Shown here in pieces: positions 33,772-44,248 of a stretch of 64,000 nt of DNA. Position 1 is the first letter of the stretch. Every line of letters starts with the position of its first letter. The stretch covers positions 309,974-373,973 of the forward strand of contig JBGAQR010000005.1 in the NCBI GenBank assembly GCA_044220615.1. Direction: 5' to 3'. This DNA comes from Ferruginibacter sp. (GTDB taxonomy: Bacteria > Bacteroidota > Bacteroidia > Chitinophagales > Chitinophagaceae). The position numbers and the translations under genes are program-made. The notes under the pieces were generated by a model. The model worked only from the letters and a program-made list of their open reading frames with translations, did no database searches and was not told where the DNA came from.

Positions 33772-34290
33772 ATGGCAGAAATTGAAATCAAAAGATCTTC
33801 TTCCGGAAATAAACGGATGAAAAAGAAAAGCACTCGTGTTGACCTTACACCCATGGTAGACCTGGGGTTTTTACTCCTTACTTTTTTTGTGTTTACCAGT
33901 ACCATGATGGAACCTAAAATTGTGGGGCTTCATGAACCCATTGATACGGATATAATCCGGGATGAGATATGCAACTCCTGTGTGCTCACCATTTTTCTTG
34001 ATAAGGATAACAAGATCCGTTATTATGAAGGGATGCCCGAGACCAACCCGCTGGTAAAGCAAACATCTTTTTCTGTAAAGGGCATCCGGGATGTATTGCT
34101 GACCAAGAAAGAGAAAGTAGGGCGGATAATGGGTAGTACCGACCGTTTTGTGCTGATCATAAAACCAGGTAAAGAATCAACCATGCAGGATTTTGTACGT
34201 ATTATGGATGAAGTTGCCATCAACGACATAAAACATTACTACATTTCAGAAACAGACGCAGCAGATAAAAAAATATTGCAGCTTCCATAA
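33772..34290 (+). CDS. exbD: ExbD/TolR family protein (third copy, close paralog of the second)
   Basis: STRVDLTPMVDLGFLLLTFFVFTS is nearly identical to the motif at 32245-32793. Start trimmed to the ATG at 33772, because the longer GTG ORF begins inside the terminator. Confidence 0.8.
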   Translation: MAEIEIKRSSSGNKRMKKKSTRVDLTPMVDLGFLLLTFFVFTSTMMEPKIVGLHEPIDTDIIRDEICNSCVLTIFLDKDNKIRYYEGMPETNPLVKQTSFSVKGIRDVLLTKKEKVGRIMGSTDRFVLIIKPGKESTMQDFVRIMDEVAINDIKHYYISETDAADKKILQLP

Positions 34291-34328
34291 AGCTTTGTGG
34301 AAGAAAGCGGAGTGGGTATCTTTGCCGG

Positions 34329-35711
34329 ATGCTGAACAATACTTCAGGTTGGGATGACACGATTGTGGCATTGGCCACGCCGCCGGGCATTGGCGCCATA
34401 GGGGTGATACGGCTGAGTGGTAAGGATGCCATCAGCATTATTAATAAACTTTTTCCATCCAAAGACCTTACCCAGCAACAATCGCATACCATCCACGTAG
34501 GCTTTCTCAAAGACAAAGGGAATGCTATCGATGAAGTGGTTATTTCTCTTTTTAAAAATCCCAAAAGCTATACCGGCGAAGATGTGGTGGAGATCAGTTG
34601 CCACGGGAGCCCGTTTGTACAACAACAGGTGGTGCAGGCATGTATACGAAACGGGGCCCGGCTGGCAAAGCCCGGCGAGTTTACACAACGTGCATTTCTA
34701 AATGGTAAATTGGATCTTACACAGGCCGAAGCGGTGGCCGACCTGATCGCATCCAATACATCCGCTTCTCAAAAAGCAGCCTTACATAATATCAGGGGAG
34801 GATTCAGCACCGTGTTGAAAGACCTGCGGGAGAATCTTATCCAGTTCTCGGCATTAATAGAACTGGAACTTGACTTCAGCCAGGAAGACGTGGAATTTGC
34901 AGACCGTACCAAATTCTATGCTTTGGTAGAAGGAGCGGACTCAGTAACCAAACAATTGCTTGAATCATTCAAGCTCGGCAATGTGATCAAGAACGGGGTG
35001 AGTGTAGCCATAGTAGGAAAACCGAATGCCGGTAAAAGTACTTTGCTGAATACACTCCTGAATGAGAATCGTGCTATTGTAAGCGATATTGCCGGCACCA
35101 CCCGGGACACCATTGAAGAACTGATCAATATCGACGGAATACTTTTTCGCCTGATTGATACAGCCGGCATAAGAGATAACAGCAACGATGTGATTGAACT
35201 GATCGGTATTGAAAAAAGCAGGGAGAAAATAAAAGAATCGGATGAAGTGATCTACATCTTTGATGTGAACACAGAAAGCCGAGCCGATGTAGAAGCAGCG
35301 ATGGCACTGCTGAGAGATGCCAATCCAGATTATTTGTTGGTAGGTAATAAGGCCGATGTGTTGGGCCCGGATACAGCCGCACAAAAATTTGCAGGAGAAG
35401 ATATCCTGTTCATTTCGGCAAAAGAGAAACTGCATATCGATATGCTTAAAGAACGACTGGCTGATAAAGTGATCCAGGGAAATATCAATGCGGAGAATAC
35501 CATCATCACCAATGCACGGCATTATGAAGCATTAAAAGAAGTAGACAGGTCATTGACCGATATAAAGGCCGGTCTTGATAAAAAAATACCAGGCGACCTG
35601 CTGGCTCTCGACATCCGCCGCTGCCTGCATTATATATCTGAAATAACCGGTGACATATCCAATGAAAATGTGCTGGATTATATTTTCTCTAAGTTCTGTA
35701 TCGGCAAGTAA
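34329..35711 (+). CDS. mnmE: tRNA uridine-5-carboxymethylaminomethyl modification GTPase
   Basis: N-terminus DTIVALATPPGIGAIGVIRLSG, G1 motif GKPNAGKSTLLN, and the C-terminal FCIGK motif. Confidence 0.92.
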   Translation: MLNNTSGWDDTIVALATPPGIGAIGVIRLSGKDAISIINKLFPSKDLTQQQSHTIHVGFLKDKGNAIDEVVISLFKNPKSYTGEDVVEISCHGSPFVQQQVVQACIRNGARLAKPGEFTQRAFLNGKLDLTQAEAVADLIASNTSASQKAALHNIRGGFSTVLKDLRENLIQFSALIELELDFSQEDVEFADRTKFYALVEGADSVTKQLLESFKLGNVIKNGVSVAIVGKPNAGKSTLLNTLLNENRAIVSDIAGTTRDTIEELINIDGILFRLIDTAGIRDNSNDVIELIGIEKSREKIKESDEVIYIFDVNTESRADVEAAMALLRDANPDYLLVGNKADVLGPDTAAQKFAGEDILFISAKEKLHIDMLKERLADKVIQGNINAENTIITNARHYEALKEVDRSLTDIKAGLDKKIPGDLLALDIRRCLHYISEITGDISNENVLDYIFSKFCIGK

Positions 35712-35791
35712 CTGTCTCCGGCAATATCCCCGATCTTACACATTAATTCCGGTGGGTTAAAAAAATCCTTACCTTCCCCAAAAACCTTTTT

Positions 35792-37177
35792 ATGAAAAAT
35801 AAATACCTGCTTTCAATATTATTTACATTGCTGGTTGTTTTGAATATTGGCTGCAACGAAGAAAAAAAGAAAGAACCGGAGGTTGCAGTAGTGCTGTCAC
35901 AAAATTCTTCTCATCCTTCCTGGAGCGCCCAGAGCAATATTTACGAAGTGAACCTCCGACAGTACTCCTCTTCCGGCTCTGTAAAGGAGTTTGAAAAACA
36001 TTTACCAAGGCTGAAGGAAATGGGAGTGGAGGTATTGTGGTTCATGCCCATTACACCTATCGGAATAGAAGGCAGAAAGATGACCGAAAAAGAACTGGGT
36101 AGTTACTATGCCGTAAAAGATTACAAAGGATTTAATGAAGAATTTGGAACAATGACCGATTGGATATTTTTTGTGAAAAACGCACAGGCAATGGGTTTTA
36201 AAGTGATCACCGACTGGGTGGCCAATCATTCTGCTGTAGATAATCATTGGATGCAGGCACATCCCGGATTTTACATCAGGGATTCAGCCGGTAAAACAGT
36301 AACTCCTTACGACTGGACGGATGTACGCAGGCTGAACTATCAAAACCGGGAACTGAGAGACAGCATGATAGATGCGATGAAATTCTGGGTGGTGGAAACA
36401 GGCATTGATGGTTTCCGCTGCGATGTGGCCGAAGACGTGCCGGTTGATTTCTGGAAAGAATGTATTGACAGCCTGCGTAAGTATAAAAATGTTTTCATGC
36501 TTGCCGAAGGTGAGAAAGCCAACCTGCATGAAGCAGGATTTGATGAGACCTATGCCTGGGACATGATGAGAGCCACCACCGAACTGTATTCCGGTAAAAA
36601 AACACTTGCTCAGTTTGATTCTGCCCTCAATGCAACTATTGCTAAATTTCCAACCAGCGCCTACCGCATGTACTTTACCACCAATCATGATGAGAACAGC
36701 TGGAACGGAACCGAGTTTGAAAAATATGGAAATGCATATAAAACCTTTGCCGTGTTTTCACAAACCATGTATCAAAGTGTTCCATTGATATACTCCGGGC
36801 AGGAAGCCATGAATAGAAAGCGCTTGAAATTTTTTGTGAAAGATACCATCTCCTGGGGCGCAAAATTTGAAATGGCAGGCTTTTATAAAATAATGCTTGG
36901 GTTACGGAAAGCCAACCCGGCACTTGCAGCAGGAGCTTCTTATAAAAAACTGGCAAGCTCTGATGAGACAGCCGTATTCGCATACCTGCGGGAAGCTGGA
37001 GGACATAAGGTAGTGGTTGTTTTAAATCTGTCTAAACAACCTCAGAAATTTACTATAAAAGATGCGGCAATAAATGGCGAACCAATGAACGTATTCCTGG
37101 GTATGAAAGAGAAAGTGGATACGGGTCATGAGTTTAGTATTGAGCCCTGGGGCCATATCGTATACAACTATCAATAA
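35792..37177 (+). CDS. GH13 alpha-amylase-family lipoprotein
   Basis: Lipobox LNIGC. GH13 regions DWVANH, GFRCDVA, FMLAEG and FTTNHDEN. Confidence 0.88.
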   Translation: MKNKYLLSILFTLLVVLNIGCNEEKKKEPEVAVVLSQNSSHPSWSAQSNIYEVNLRQYSSSGSVKEFEKHLPRLKEMGVEVLWFMPITPIGIEGRKMTEKELGSYYAVKDYKGFNEEFGTMTDWIFFVKNAQAMGFKVITDWVANHSAVDNHWMQAHPGFYIRDSAGKTVTPYDWTDVRRLNYQNRELRDSMIDAMKFWVVETGIDGFRCDVAEDVPVDFWKECIDSLRKYKNVFMLAEGEKANLHEAGFDETYAWDMMRATTELYSGKKTLAQFDSALNATIAKFPTSAYRMYFTTNHDENSWNGTEFEKYGNAYKTFAVFSQTMYQSVPLIYSGQEAMNRKRLKFFVKDTISWGAKFEMAGFYKIMLGLRKANPALAAGASYKKLASSDETAVFAYLREAGGHKVVVVLNLSKQPQKFTIKDAAINGEPMNVFLGMKEKVDTGHEFSIEPWGHIVYNYQ

Positions 37178-37194
37178 TGTGCTGACCGAACATG

Positions 37195-37231
37195 AATACC
37201 AGGCCGGAATATTTTTTTGCCGGTTGGTATT
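37195..37231 (+). terminator. Possible terminator hairpin after the first GH13 gene
   Basis: AATACCAGGCCGG / GCCGGTTGGTATT pair as 8+4 bp with one bulge. The loop and the downstream sequence are T-rich. Confidence 0.45.
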
Positions 37232-37293
37232 TTATTGTATTTTTAGAAAGTGTACTTTTTACACAATTGCCATAACCAAACAAAACGATTGCT

Positions 37294-38616
37294 ATGTCAG
37301 AGATCGCCCAATGGGAAAAGCCCAAATTAAGTCTGTCCCAGATAATCAATATGAGTGTTGGTTTTTTTGGGATCCAGTTTGGATGGGATCTGCAACGTGC
37401 CAACATGGGGCCCATCTATGAACACCTTCATGCAAATGCCGATGAGATACCCCTGCTTTTTTTGGCGGCTCCTTTAACCGGGTTGATCGTGCAGCCTATC
37501 ATTGGTTATATGAGCGACAGAACATGGCACCCAAAGTGGGGCAGAAGAAGACCCTATTTTTTTATAGGTGCTTTGTTTAGTACGATTGCATTGGTGTTCA
37601 TGCCACACAGCAGTGCTCTTTGGATGGCCGCGGGGTTACTTTGGGTGATGGATGTTTTTGGGAACGTTGCCATGGAACCTTTCAGGGCTTTTGTAGCTGA
37701 TAAGCTGAATGAGAAACAGCGTACCCAGGGATTTGTGATGCAAAGCCTGATGATCGGGTTAGGAGGCAGTATAGCTTCTGCATTACCCTGGATGATGACG
37801 AATTGGTTCCATTTCAGCGAGACTGCTGCCAGTGGTGTTATTCCTGATAATGTAAAATGGAGTTTTTATATTGGTGCCTTCTTTTTTCTAAGTGCAGTTT
37901 TGTATACTGTTTTTACATCAAAAGAATATCCGCCGCCCAATATCGGGTTTAAAGAAAAGGTAAAAGAATCAAACAGGGGTTTTGGAGCCGGCATAAATGA
38001 GATATTAAGTGCCATTGGCCATATGCCGAAACGAATGAAGGTATTGTCGCTGGTTCAATTCTTCACATGGCCGGGATTGTTTCTGATGTGGTTTTATTAT
38101 AATGCTGCTGTTGCCCGTAATGTTTTTCATGCAACTGATGTAACAGACCCTCTTTATGGAGAAGGAACTAATTTCGGCGGCCTTACGCTGGCTTTTTATA
38201 ATGTAGTTACATTTTTGTTTGCCTTTGTGTTACCCGGCATTGCAACAAGGCTCGGCCGGAAACTCACTCACAGTATATGCCTGCTATGCGGCGCAATAGG
38301 ACTAATAAGTGTGGCATTTGTTGAAAATAAATACATGTTATATGGTTGTATGACCGGGGTAGGGATTGCCTGGGCAAGTATTTTGTCGATGCCCTATGCC
38401 ATGCTTAGCGGGGTATTACCTGAAAATAAGATCGGTGTATACATGGGCATCTTTAACTTTTTTATAGTTCTTCCTGAGATCATTGCCTCTTTTTGTTTTG
38501 GCTGGATCATGAAGAACCTGCTTGATAATGACCGCTTGGTTGCAGTTCAAATTGGAGGAGGGTTGATGATCATTGCAGCGCTGATCTGTTATTTCTTTAT
38601 TAAAGAAAAAGATTAA
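37294..38616 (+). CDS. MFS sugar transporter (GPH/SLC45-like; probable maltose/maltodextrin importer)
   Basis: 440 aa, 12 predicted TM segments, with the signature DRTWHPKWGRRRPYFFIGA. Lies within the starch locus. Confidence 0.8.
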   Translation: MSEIAQWEKPKLSLSQIINMSVGFFGIQFGWDLQRANMGPIYEHLHANADEIPLLFLAAPLTGLIVQPIIGYMSDRTWHPKWGRRRPYFFIGALFSTIALVFMPHSSALWMAAGLLWVMDVFGNVAMEPFRAFVADKLNEKQRTQGFVMQSLMIGLGGSIASALPWMMTNWFHFSETAASGVIPDNVKWSFYIGAFFFLSAVLYTVFTSKEYPPPNIGFKEKVKESNRGFGAGINEILSAIGHMPKRMKVLSLVQFFTWPGLFLMWFYYNAAVARNVFHATDVTDPLYGEGTNFGGLTLAFYNVVTFLFAFVLPGIATRLGRKLTHSICLLCGAIGLISVAFVENKYMLYGCMTGVGIAWASILSMPYAMLSGVLPENKIGVYMGIFNFFIVLPEIIASFCFGWIMKNLLDNDRLVAVQIGGGLMIIAALICYFFIKEKD

Positions 38617-38618
38617 AG

Positions 38619-40478
38619 ATGAAAAAAATAACACTTTGCATTTTAAGCATCGTTTTTTGTTGTGCAGTTTTTTCGCAAGATGGATATAAATGTTACCCCA
38701 CCCATTGGTGGACAGGTATGAAGTGGAATAAAGTGCAGGTGATGGTACATGGAGATAAAATCGCCGATCATTTTCCCATGATAAAAATGGGGCCGGCAGG
38801 AATAAAGCTGGCAGCAGGCGTAAGCCTTGTTAAGATCAACCGGGTTGAAAATCCCAATTACGTTTTTCTTGACCTGGTAATTGATGCAACAGCTAAACCT
38901 GGCAAGATTAGTTTTCCCTTTGTAAAAAATATCGATCTTAAATATGAATTAAAACCCCGCCGGGCAGGCAATGGTACCACCTATGCAATGGGTGTTACCT
39001 CAAAAGATTTTATGTACCTCATCATGCCCGATCGTTTTAGTAATGGCGATGAAAGCAATGATCGCATCCCCGGGATGAAAGACCAGAGTTTGAAAAGAGA
39101 TACAGTTTATAACAGGCATGGCGGCGATCTGAAAGGAATACAAAATCATCTTGATTACCTTCAATCGCTAGGGGTTACCACGCTGTGGCTTAATCCTGTT
39201 CTGGAGAATGATATGCCCGACCGTACAGAACACGGCTATGCATTTACCGATCATTATAAAGTTGATCCCCGGTTGGGTGGCGATAAAGCGTATCATGATC
39301 TGATAGACGCCACCCATGCGAAAGGAATGAAAATGATCCAGGATGCCGTATATAATCATGTTGGCCTGTATCATTTTACCGTGCAAGACATGCCCATGCA
39401 AGACTGGCTGCACCAATGGCCCGAGTATACCAACACCAGCTATAAAGACCAGACCTTGTTTGATCCGCACGGGAGCAGCATGGAAAAGAAGATAATGGCC
39501 GATGGCTGGTTCACTAAAATGATGCCCGACCTCAATCAACACAACCCCTTTGTTGCAAATTTTTTAATTGAACATGCTTTGTGGACAGTGGAGGAGTTTG
39601 GTATCGACGGATGGCGTATTGATACCTATGCCTATAACGACCTGGAATTTATGAACCGTTGCAATAAAGCATTGGAGGATGAGTATCCAAAGATCACCCT
39701 GTTTGGAGAAACCTGGGTACATGGAGTGATCAACCAGAGTTATTTTGTTCAGAATAATTACAACACCCCATTTAAAAGTAACCTGCAGGCGCCAACCGAT
39801 TTTCAAACGCTGTGGAGTATCACCGATGCCATGACGAAAGATTTTGGGTGGACCGATGGGGTGAATAAACTGTATACCGTACTTGCACAGGATTTTGTGT
39901 ATAAAGACCCCATGCGTAATGTTATCTTTTTAGATAACCACGATATCTCTCGTTTCTATTCGGTAATAGGAGAGAATACAATGAAGTATAAAACATCCAT
40001 CAATTGGTTACTTACCTGCCGCGGCATTCCGCAGTTCTATTATGGAGGCGAAATAGGTATGACCGGGGTTACCAGTCCGAACGATGGGTTTGTTCGGCAG
40101 GACTTTCCCGGTGGCTGGCCATCCGACCCGGCAAATAAATTTACCAATGCCGGGAGAACGGATAAGGAAAGAGATATATGGAACCATATAGCCCGGCTGG
40201 CAAACTATCGTAAAAGTTCATCGGCACTTACAACAGGAAAAATGATGCAGTTCCTGCCACAGGACGGGGTGTATGTATATTTTCGCTACAACAACGAGCA
40301 GACCATCATGGTGATCATGAATACGGCAAAGGAAAAGAAGAATGTTACTATGAAACGGTTTGCCGAAAGAACAAATGGATTTACGAGGGTAAAAAACATA
40401 CTTACCGGAACAACAAACGAGCTGGGCGACCTTTCTCTTGAATCATATGACAGTGTTGTATTTGAACTGCTGAAATAA
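38619..40478 (+). CDS. GH13 neopullulanase/cyclomaltodextrinase-like enzyme (SusA-like)
   Basis: 619 aa. N-terminal YPTHWWTGMKWNKVQVMVHG domain. GH13 regions DAVYNHVG, GWRIDTYA, LFGETW and FLDNHDISR. Confidence 0.85.
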   Translation: MKKITLCILSIVFCCAVFSQDGYKCYPTHWWTGMKWNKVQVMVHGDKIADHFPMIKMGPAGIKLAAGVSLVKINRVENPNYVFLDLVIDATAKPGKISFPFVKNIDLKYELKPRRAGNGTTYAMGVTSKDFMYLIMPDRFSNGDESNDRIPGMKDQSLKRDTVYNRHGGDLKGIQNHLDYLQSLGVTTLWLNPVLENDMPDRTEHGYAFTDHYKVDPRLGGDKAYHDLIDATHAKGMKMIQDAVYNHVGLYHFTVQDMPMQDWLHQWPEYTNTSYKDQTLFDPHGSSMEKKIMADGWFTKMMPDLNQHNPFVANFLIEHALWTVEEFGIDGWRIDTYAYNDLEFMNRCNKALEDEYPKITLFGETWVHGVINQSYFVQNNYNTPFKSNLQAPTDFQTLWSITDAMTKDFGWTDGVNKLYTVLAQDFVYKDPMRNVIFLDNHDISRFYSVIGENTMKYKTSINWLLTCRGIPQFYYGGEIGMTGVTSPNDGFVRQDFPGGWPSDPANKFTNAGRTDKERDIWNHIARLANYRKSSSALTTGKMMQFLPQDGVYVYFRYNNEQTIMVIMNTAKEKKNVTMKRFAERTNGFTRVKNILTGTTNELGDLSLESYDSVVFELLK

Positions 40479-40559
40479 TATCCCGGGATCATGTATTGGA
40501 AGTAGCAAAACCAGGTTTCTCAATACCCGTCATTGAATTATTTTGCAATTCTTAAAATA

Positions 40560-43500
40560 ATGTGTTTATTTTACACATTAAAACGATTGCACTTGAAAAA
40601 GCTATTCCTTCTCCTTACTGTATTTTCTATTGCCCATACATTACCAGCGCAACGGTTATTAAGCTGGACGCCTGAATTCCCGGTAGATAATTCAACCCTG
40701 GCCATGACGGTTGATTGTAACAAAGGCAACCAGGGACTCTTGAATTTTGAAGGAGGGAATTCCGCCAATGTATATGTTCATGTAGGACTGATCACTGATT
40801 TAAGTACAAGTCCTACAGACTGGCGCTATGTTAAGTTTACCTGGGGTACTGCTGATCCTGCAGCCAAAGCAACTCCGCTTGGAGCTAATAAGTACCAATA
40901 CACGATCAATAACATCCGCACTTTTTTTGCAGTTCCTGCAGGGGAAACAATTAAAAAGGTCTGTGTCATTTTCAGGAATGCAACCGGAAGTTTAAAACAG
41001 GTTAATTCCGATGGAAGCGATATGTATAACCCGGTGTATGGCAGCAGCGAGTATGGCGTCCGGATAAATCTTCCTCCCTTTGAACCAAGATATATTCCCT
41101 GGATAGAACCCATTAGTGTAAATGTAGGAGGAAGTATAAGTATCACAGGTGTTGCATCTGTCAACTCGAACCTCACTTTAAAGCTGAATGGCAATACCAT
41201 TCAAACGGCAACAAATACAACTACCATTTCTGCCAATCCTGTTATTGCTACAGCCTGCGCCCAACAGGTTTTTTTAGAAGGTAATAACGGCTCGGTTACT
41301 GTAAAAGATTCATTCAGTTTTTATATTCCTCCAACTACCACGGTAGCGCCTTTGCCGGCAGGTGTTCAGGAAGGGATCAACTATCTTCCCGGCAATACCT
41401 CTGTTACATTGGTATTGTATGCGCCCACAAAAAACAATGTAGTGGTGATCGGGGATTTTTCAAACTGGGCTGTTCTATGTTCTAACCAGATGAATAAAAC
41501 TTCTGATGGTAATTATTTCTGGCTAACCATCAATGGCCTTACTCCGGGTACGGAATATGCTTACCAGTACCTCATTGATAACAATATCAAAACGGCCGAT
41601 CCGTATGCACAAAAAGTGCTTGACCCCGACAACGATGGGTTCATTGATGCGGTAACCTATCCCAATCTTAAGCCGTATCCAACTGGCTTAACTACGGGTA
41701 TTGTGAGTGTACTGCAAACAGCCGAGCCGCAATACAACTGGCAGGTGAATAATTTTATCAAACCGGATAAACGAAACCTAGTTGTTTATGAATTACTGAT
41801 ACGTGATTTTACGGCACAGCACAGTTATCAGTCGCTGATCGACTCATTGGCCTATTTAAAGAATATCGGTATCAATGCCATTGAACTGATGCCCATCAAT
41901 GAATTCGATGGCAATGAAAGCTGGGGTTATAACCCATCGTTTTATTTTGCGCCGGATAAATATTATGGAACAAAGAACAAACTGAAAGAGTTCATTGATA
42001 AATGCCACCAGAATGGCATTGCAGTTATACTGGATGTAGTGTATAATCATTGTACGGGCAACGCACCCCAGGCAAAAATGTACTGGGACCCCGTGAACAA
42101 CCGCCCTGCGGCAAACAATCCCTGGTTAAATACAACAGCGCCGCATGCGTATGCATTCTTTAACGACTTTAATCATACTTCTGCAGCCACGCAATACCTG
42201 GTGCAGCGTTCTTTGAGTCATTGGTTAGCCGAATATAAAGTGGATGGCTTCCGGTTCGACCTGGCGAAGGGATTTACACAAACAGCAAGCAATACCACCA
42301 CTATTGAAAATTATGACGCCAGCCGGGTAACAAACCTGAAACGGTATTATGATGGAACTGTTCCGGCAAACCCGGGCACTTATATGATACTGGAATTCCT
42401 TGGCACACTTCCCTGCCAGGAAGAACAGGAATATGCAGCACACGGATTTATGCTTTGGGGCAATAACAATTTTACTTACAACCAATGTACGATGGGGTAT
42501 CCTTCCAATTCGGATATTTCACCGGTAGTTTACAGCGATCCTAAAAGAGCATTTAATAACCCGGCCGAAGTAGGTTATATGGAAAGTCATGACGAAGAGC
42601 GTACGATGTATAAGAACTTAACCTTTGGTAATTCATCCGGAAGTTATAATGTAAAAACACTTTCAACTGCGTTGGCAAGAGAAGAAGCGGCAGCTACGGT
42701 ATTCTTCACGGTACCCGGTCCTAAAATGATATGGCAGTTTGAAGAAAGGGGATACGATATTCCAATAAACTTTGGAGGGTCAAATGTGGCCAATAAACCC
42801 CCGCATTGGGAGTACATGACCATGCAGGACAGGGTACACCTGTACAATACCTATAAAAGTATAATTGCCTTGCGGTTGAATAATCCTGCCATTTTCAATA
42901 ATACATCGTTCACGTATGATTTCAATAATGGAGGAGGCCTTTATAAATTATTCCAGATCGCTGATCCCAACAGCAGCGGATTAAAAATTACAGTAGTTGC
43001 CAATCTTGATGTGGTAGCTCAATCCAGGTCGGTTACTTTTCAATCAACAGGCAGCTGGACAAATTATATCAGCAATGGTACCGGTACCGGCATCAATGGC
43101 GCTACCGGAACAAATTTTTCAGTAACTGCTACAACACAAACCATCAGCCTTCAGCCGGGCGAATATCATATTTATGTCAGCGTACCCGCTTGTGTTACTG
43201 CAGCGCCCACTGCGGTTACCCCGGTTAGCTATTGCCTGGGAGCAACTGCTGTTCCTTTAACTGCTTCAGGAACAAACCTTCTTTGGTATACTACTGCAAC
43301 AGGTGGAACAGGAAGTGCAACGGCTCCAATTCCTTCAACAGCTGCAGTAGGAAGTACAACGTATTATGTAAGTCAAACGGTTGGATGCGAAAGCCCACGT
43401 TTTGCCATCGTAGTTAATGTAACAGCTACTACTGCTGCTCCAACGGTTACCAGTCCGGTTACATACTGCCGCAACTCAACTGCATTACCACTTACAGCAG

Positions 43501-44222
43501 GAGGTACAAATCTTCTTTGGTATACCACGGCAACTGGTGGAACAGGAACTGCCACCGCACCAACTCCATCTACCGCTACGGCGGGAAGTACAACCTATTA
43601 TGTCAGCCAAACCCAAAGTTGTGGTGAAAGCCAGCGGGCCGCTATTACCGTTGTGGTTACTGCTACACCAGCAGCCCCAACTGGTTTGAATGTTACGGGT
43701 ATAACAACAACTTCGGCTGTTTTAAACTGGGCAACAAGTGCCGGTAATTTTTATACCGTAGATTATAAGCCGGCGACTTCGTCTGTCTGGATCAATGCCG
43801 CAACTTCAGTAAGCACGGGTTCTGTCTTGATATCTAATCTCAGTGCTGGTGTAACCTACGACTGGCGGGTAACAGTGAACTGTTCAAATACCCCGATCAA
43901 TAATTATACTACGGGGCAATTCACTGTTAATACTTTCAATAGCCAGATAACGAATATCAGAAATGGATTTGGGCTTAAAATATCGCCGGATCCTGTTAAT
44001 GAGAATCCTTCATTGGATTATATCGTTCCCGGTTCAGGAGAAGTAACGATCATATTGTTCAATTCATTCGGGCAACGTATAAAAACAGTTTTCAGCGCCC
44101 CACAAACGGCCGGACAATACCGGATATCGCTGGCTGGCCAGTTTACTGTCATTGCCCGGGGATGTTATTTCCTGAGGCTGATACAAAACGGTAAGGGACA
44201 TTTTATAAAATTCATTAAGTAA
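40560..44222 (+). CDS. Large multidomain GH13 amylase/pullulanase-like enzyme with 2 Ig-like repeats, an FN3 domain and a T9SS C-terminal sorting domain
   Basis: GH13 regions DVVYNHC, GFRFDLAKG and YMESHDEER, two 78-aa repeats, an FN3 domain (LNVTGITTTSAVLNW...) and a C-terminal beta-rich tail. The start is ambiguous: TTG 40533, ATG 40560, or TTG 40593 (MKKLFLLLTVFSIAHTLPAQ). Confidence 0.8.
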   Translation: MCLFYTLKRLHLKKLFLLLTVFSIAHTLPAQRLLSWTPEFPVDNSTLAMTVDCNKGNQGLLNFEGGNSANVYVHVGLITDLSTSPTDWRYVKFTWGTADPAAKATPLGANKYQYTINNIRTFFAVPAGETIKKVCVIFRNATGSLKQVNSDGSDMYNPVYGSSEYGVRINLPPFEPRYIPWIEPISVNVGGSISITGVASVNSNLTLKLNGNTIQTATNTTTISANPVIATACAQQVFLEGNNGSVTVKDSFSFYIPPTTTVAPLPAGVQEGINYLPGNTSVTLVLYAPTKNNVVVIGDFSNWAVLCSNQMNKTSDGNYFWLTINGLTPGTEYAYQYLIDNNIKTADPYAQKVLDPDNDGFIDAVTYPNLKPYPTGLTTGIVSVLQTAEPQYNWQVNNFIKPDKRNLVVYELLIRDFTAQHSYQSLIDSLAYLKNIGINAIELMPINEFDGNESWGYNPSFYFAPDKYYGTKNKLKEFIDKCHQNGIAVILDVVYNHCTGNAPQAKMYWDPVNNRPAANNPWLNTTAPHAYAFFNDFNHTSAATQYLVQRSLSHWLAEYKVDGFRFDLAKGFTQTASNTTTIENYDASRVTNLKRYYDGTVPANPGTYMILEFLGTLPCQEEQEYAAHGFMLWGNNNFTYNQCTMGYPSNSDISPVVYSDPKRAFNNPAEVGYMESHDEERTMYKNLTFGNSSGSYNVKTLSTALAREEAAATVFFTVPGPKMIWQFEERGYDIPINFGGSNVANKPPHWEYMTMQDRVHLYNTYKSIIALRLNNPAIFNNTSFTYDFNNGGGLYKLFQIADPNSSGLKITVVANLDVVAQSRSVTFQSTGSWTNYISNGTGTGINGATGTNFSVTATTQTISLQPGEYHIYVSVPACVTAAPTAVTPVSYCLGATAVPLTASGTNLLWYTTATGGTGSATAPIPSTAAVGSTTYYVSQTVGCESPRFAIVVNVTATTAAPTVTSPVTYCRNSTALPLTAGGTNLLWYTTATGGTGTATAPTPSTATAGSTTYYVSQTQSCGESQRAAITVVVTATPAAPTGLNVTGITTTSAVLNWATSAGNFYTVDYKPATSSVWINAATSVSTGSVLISNLSAGVTYDWRVTVNCSNTPINNYTTGQFTVNTFNSQITNIRNGFGLKISPDPVNENPSLDYIVPGSGEVTIILFNSFGQRIKTVFSAPQTAGQYRISLAGQFTVIARGCYFLRLIQNGKGHFIKFIK
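43200..43670 (+). repeat. Tandem 234/237-nt coding repeat (two Ig-like modules)
   Basis: AAPTAVTPVSYCLGATAVPLTASGTNLLWYTTATGGTGSA...YYVSQT is repeated as AAPTVTSPVTYCRNSTALPLTAGGTNLLWYTTATGGTGTA...YYVSQT. Confidence 0.85.
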
Positions 44223-44248
44223 TATCAAGCGAAATAAAATATAAGACT

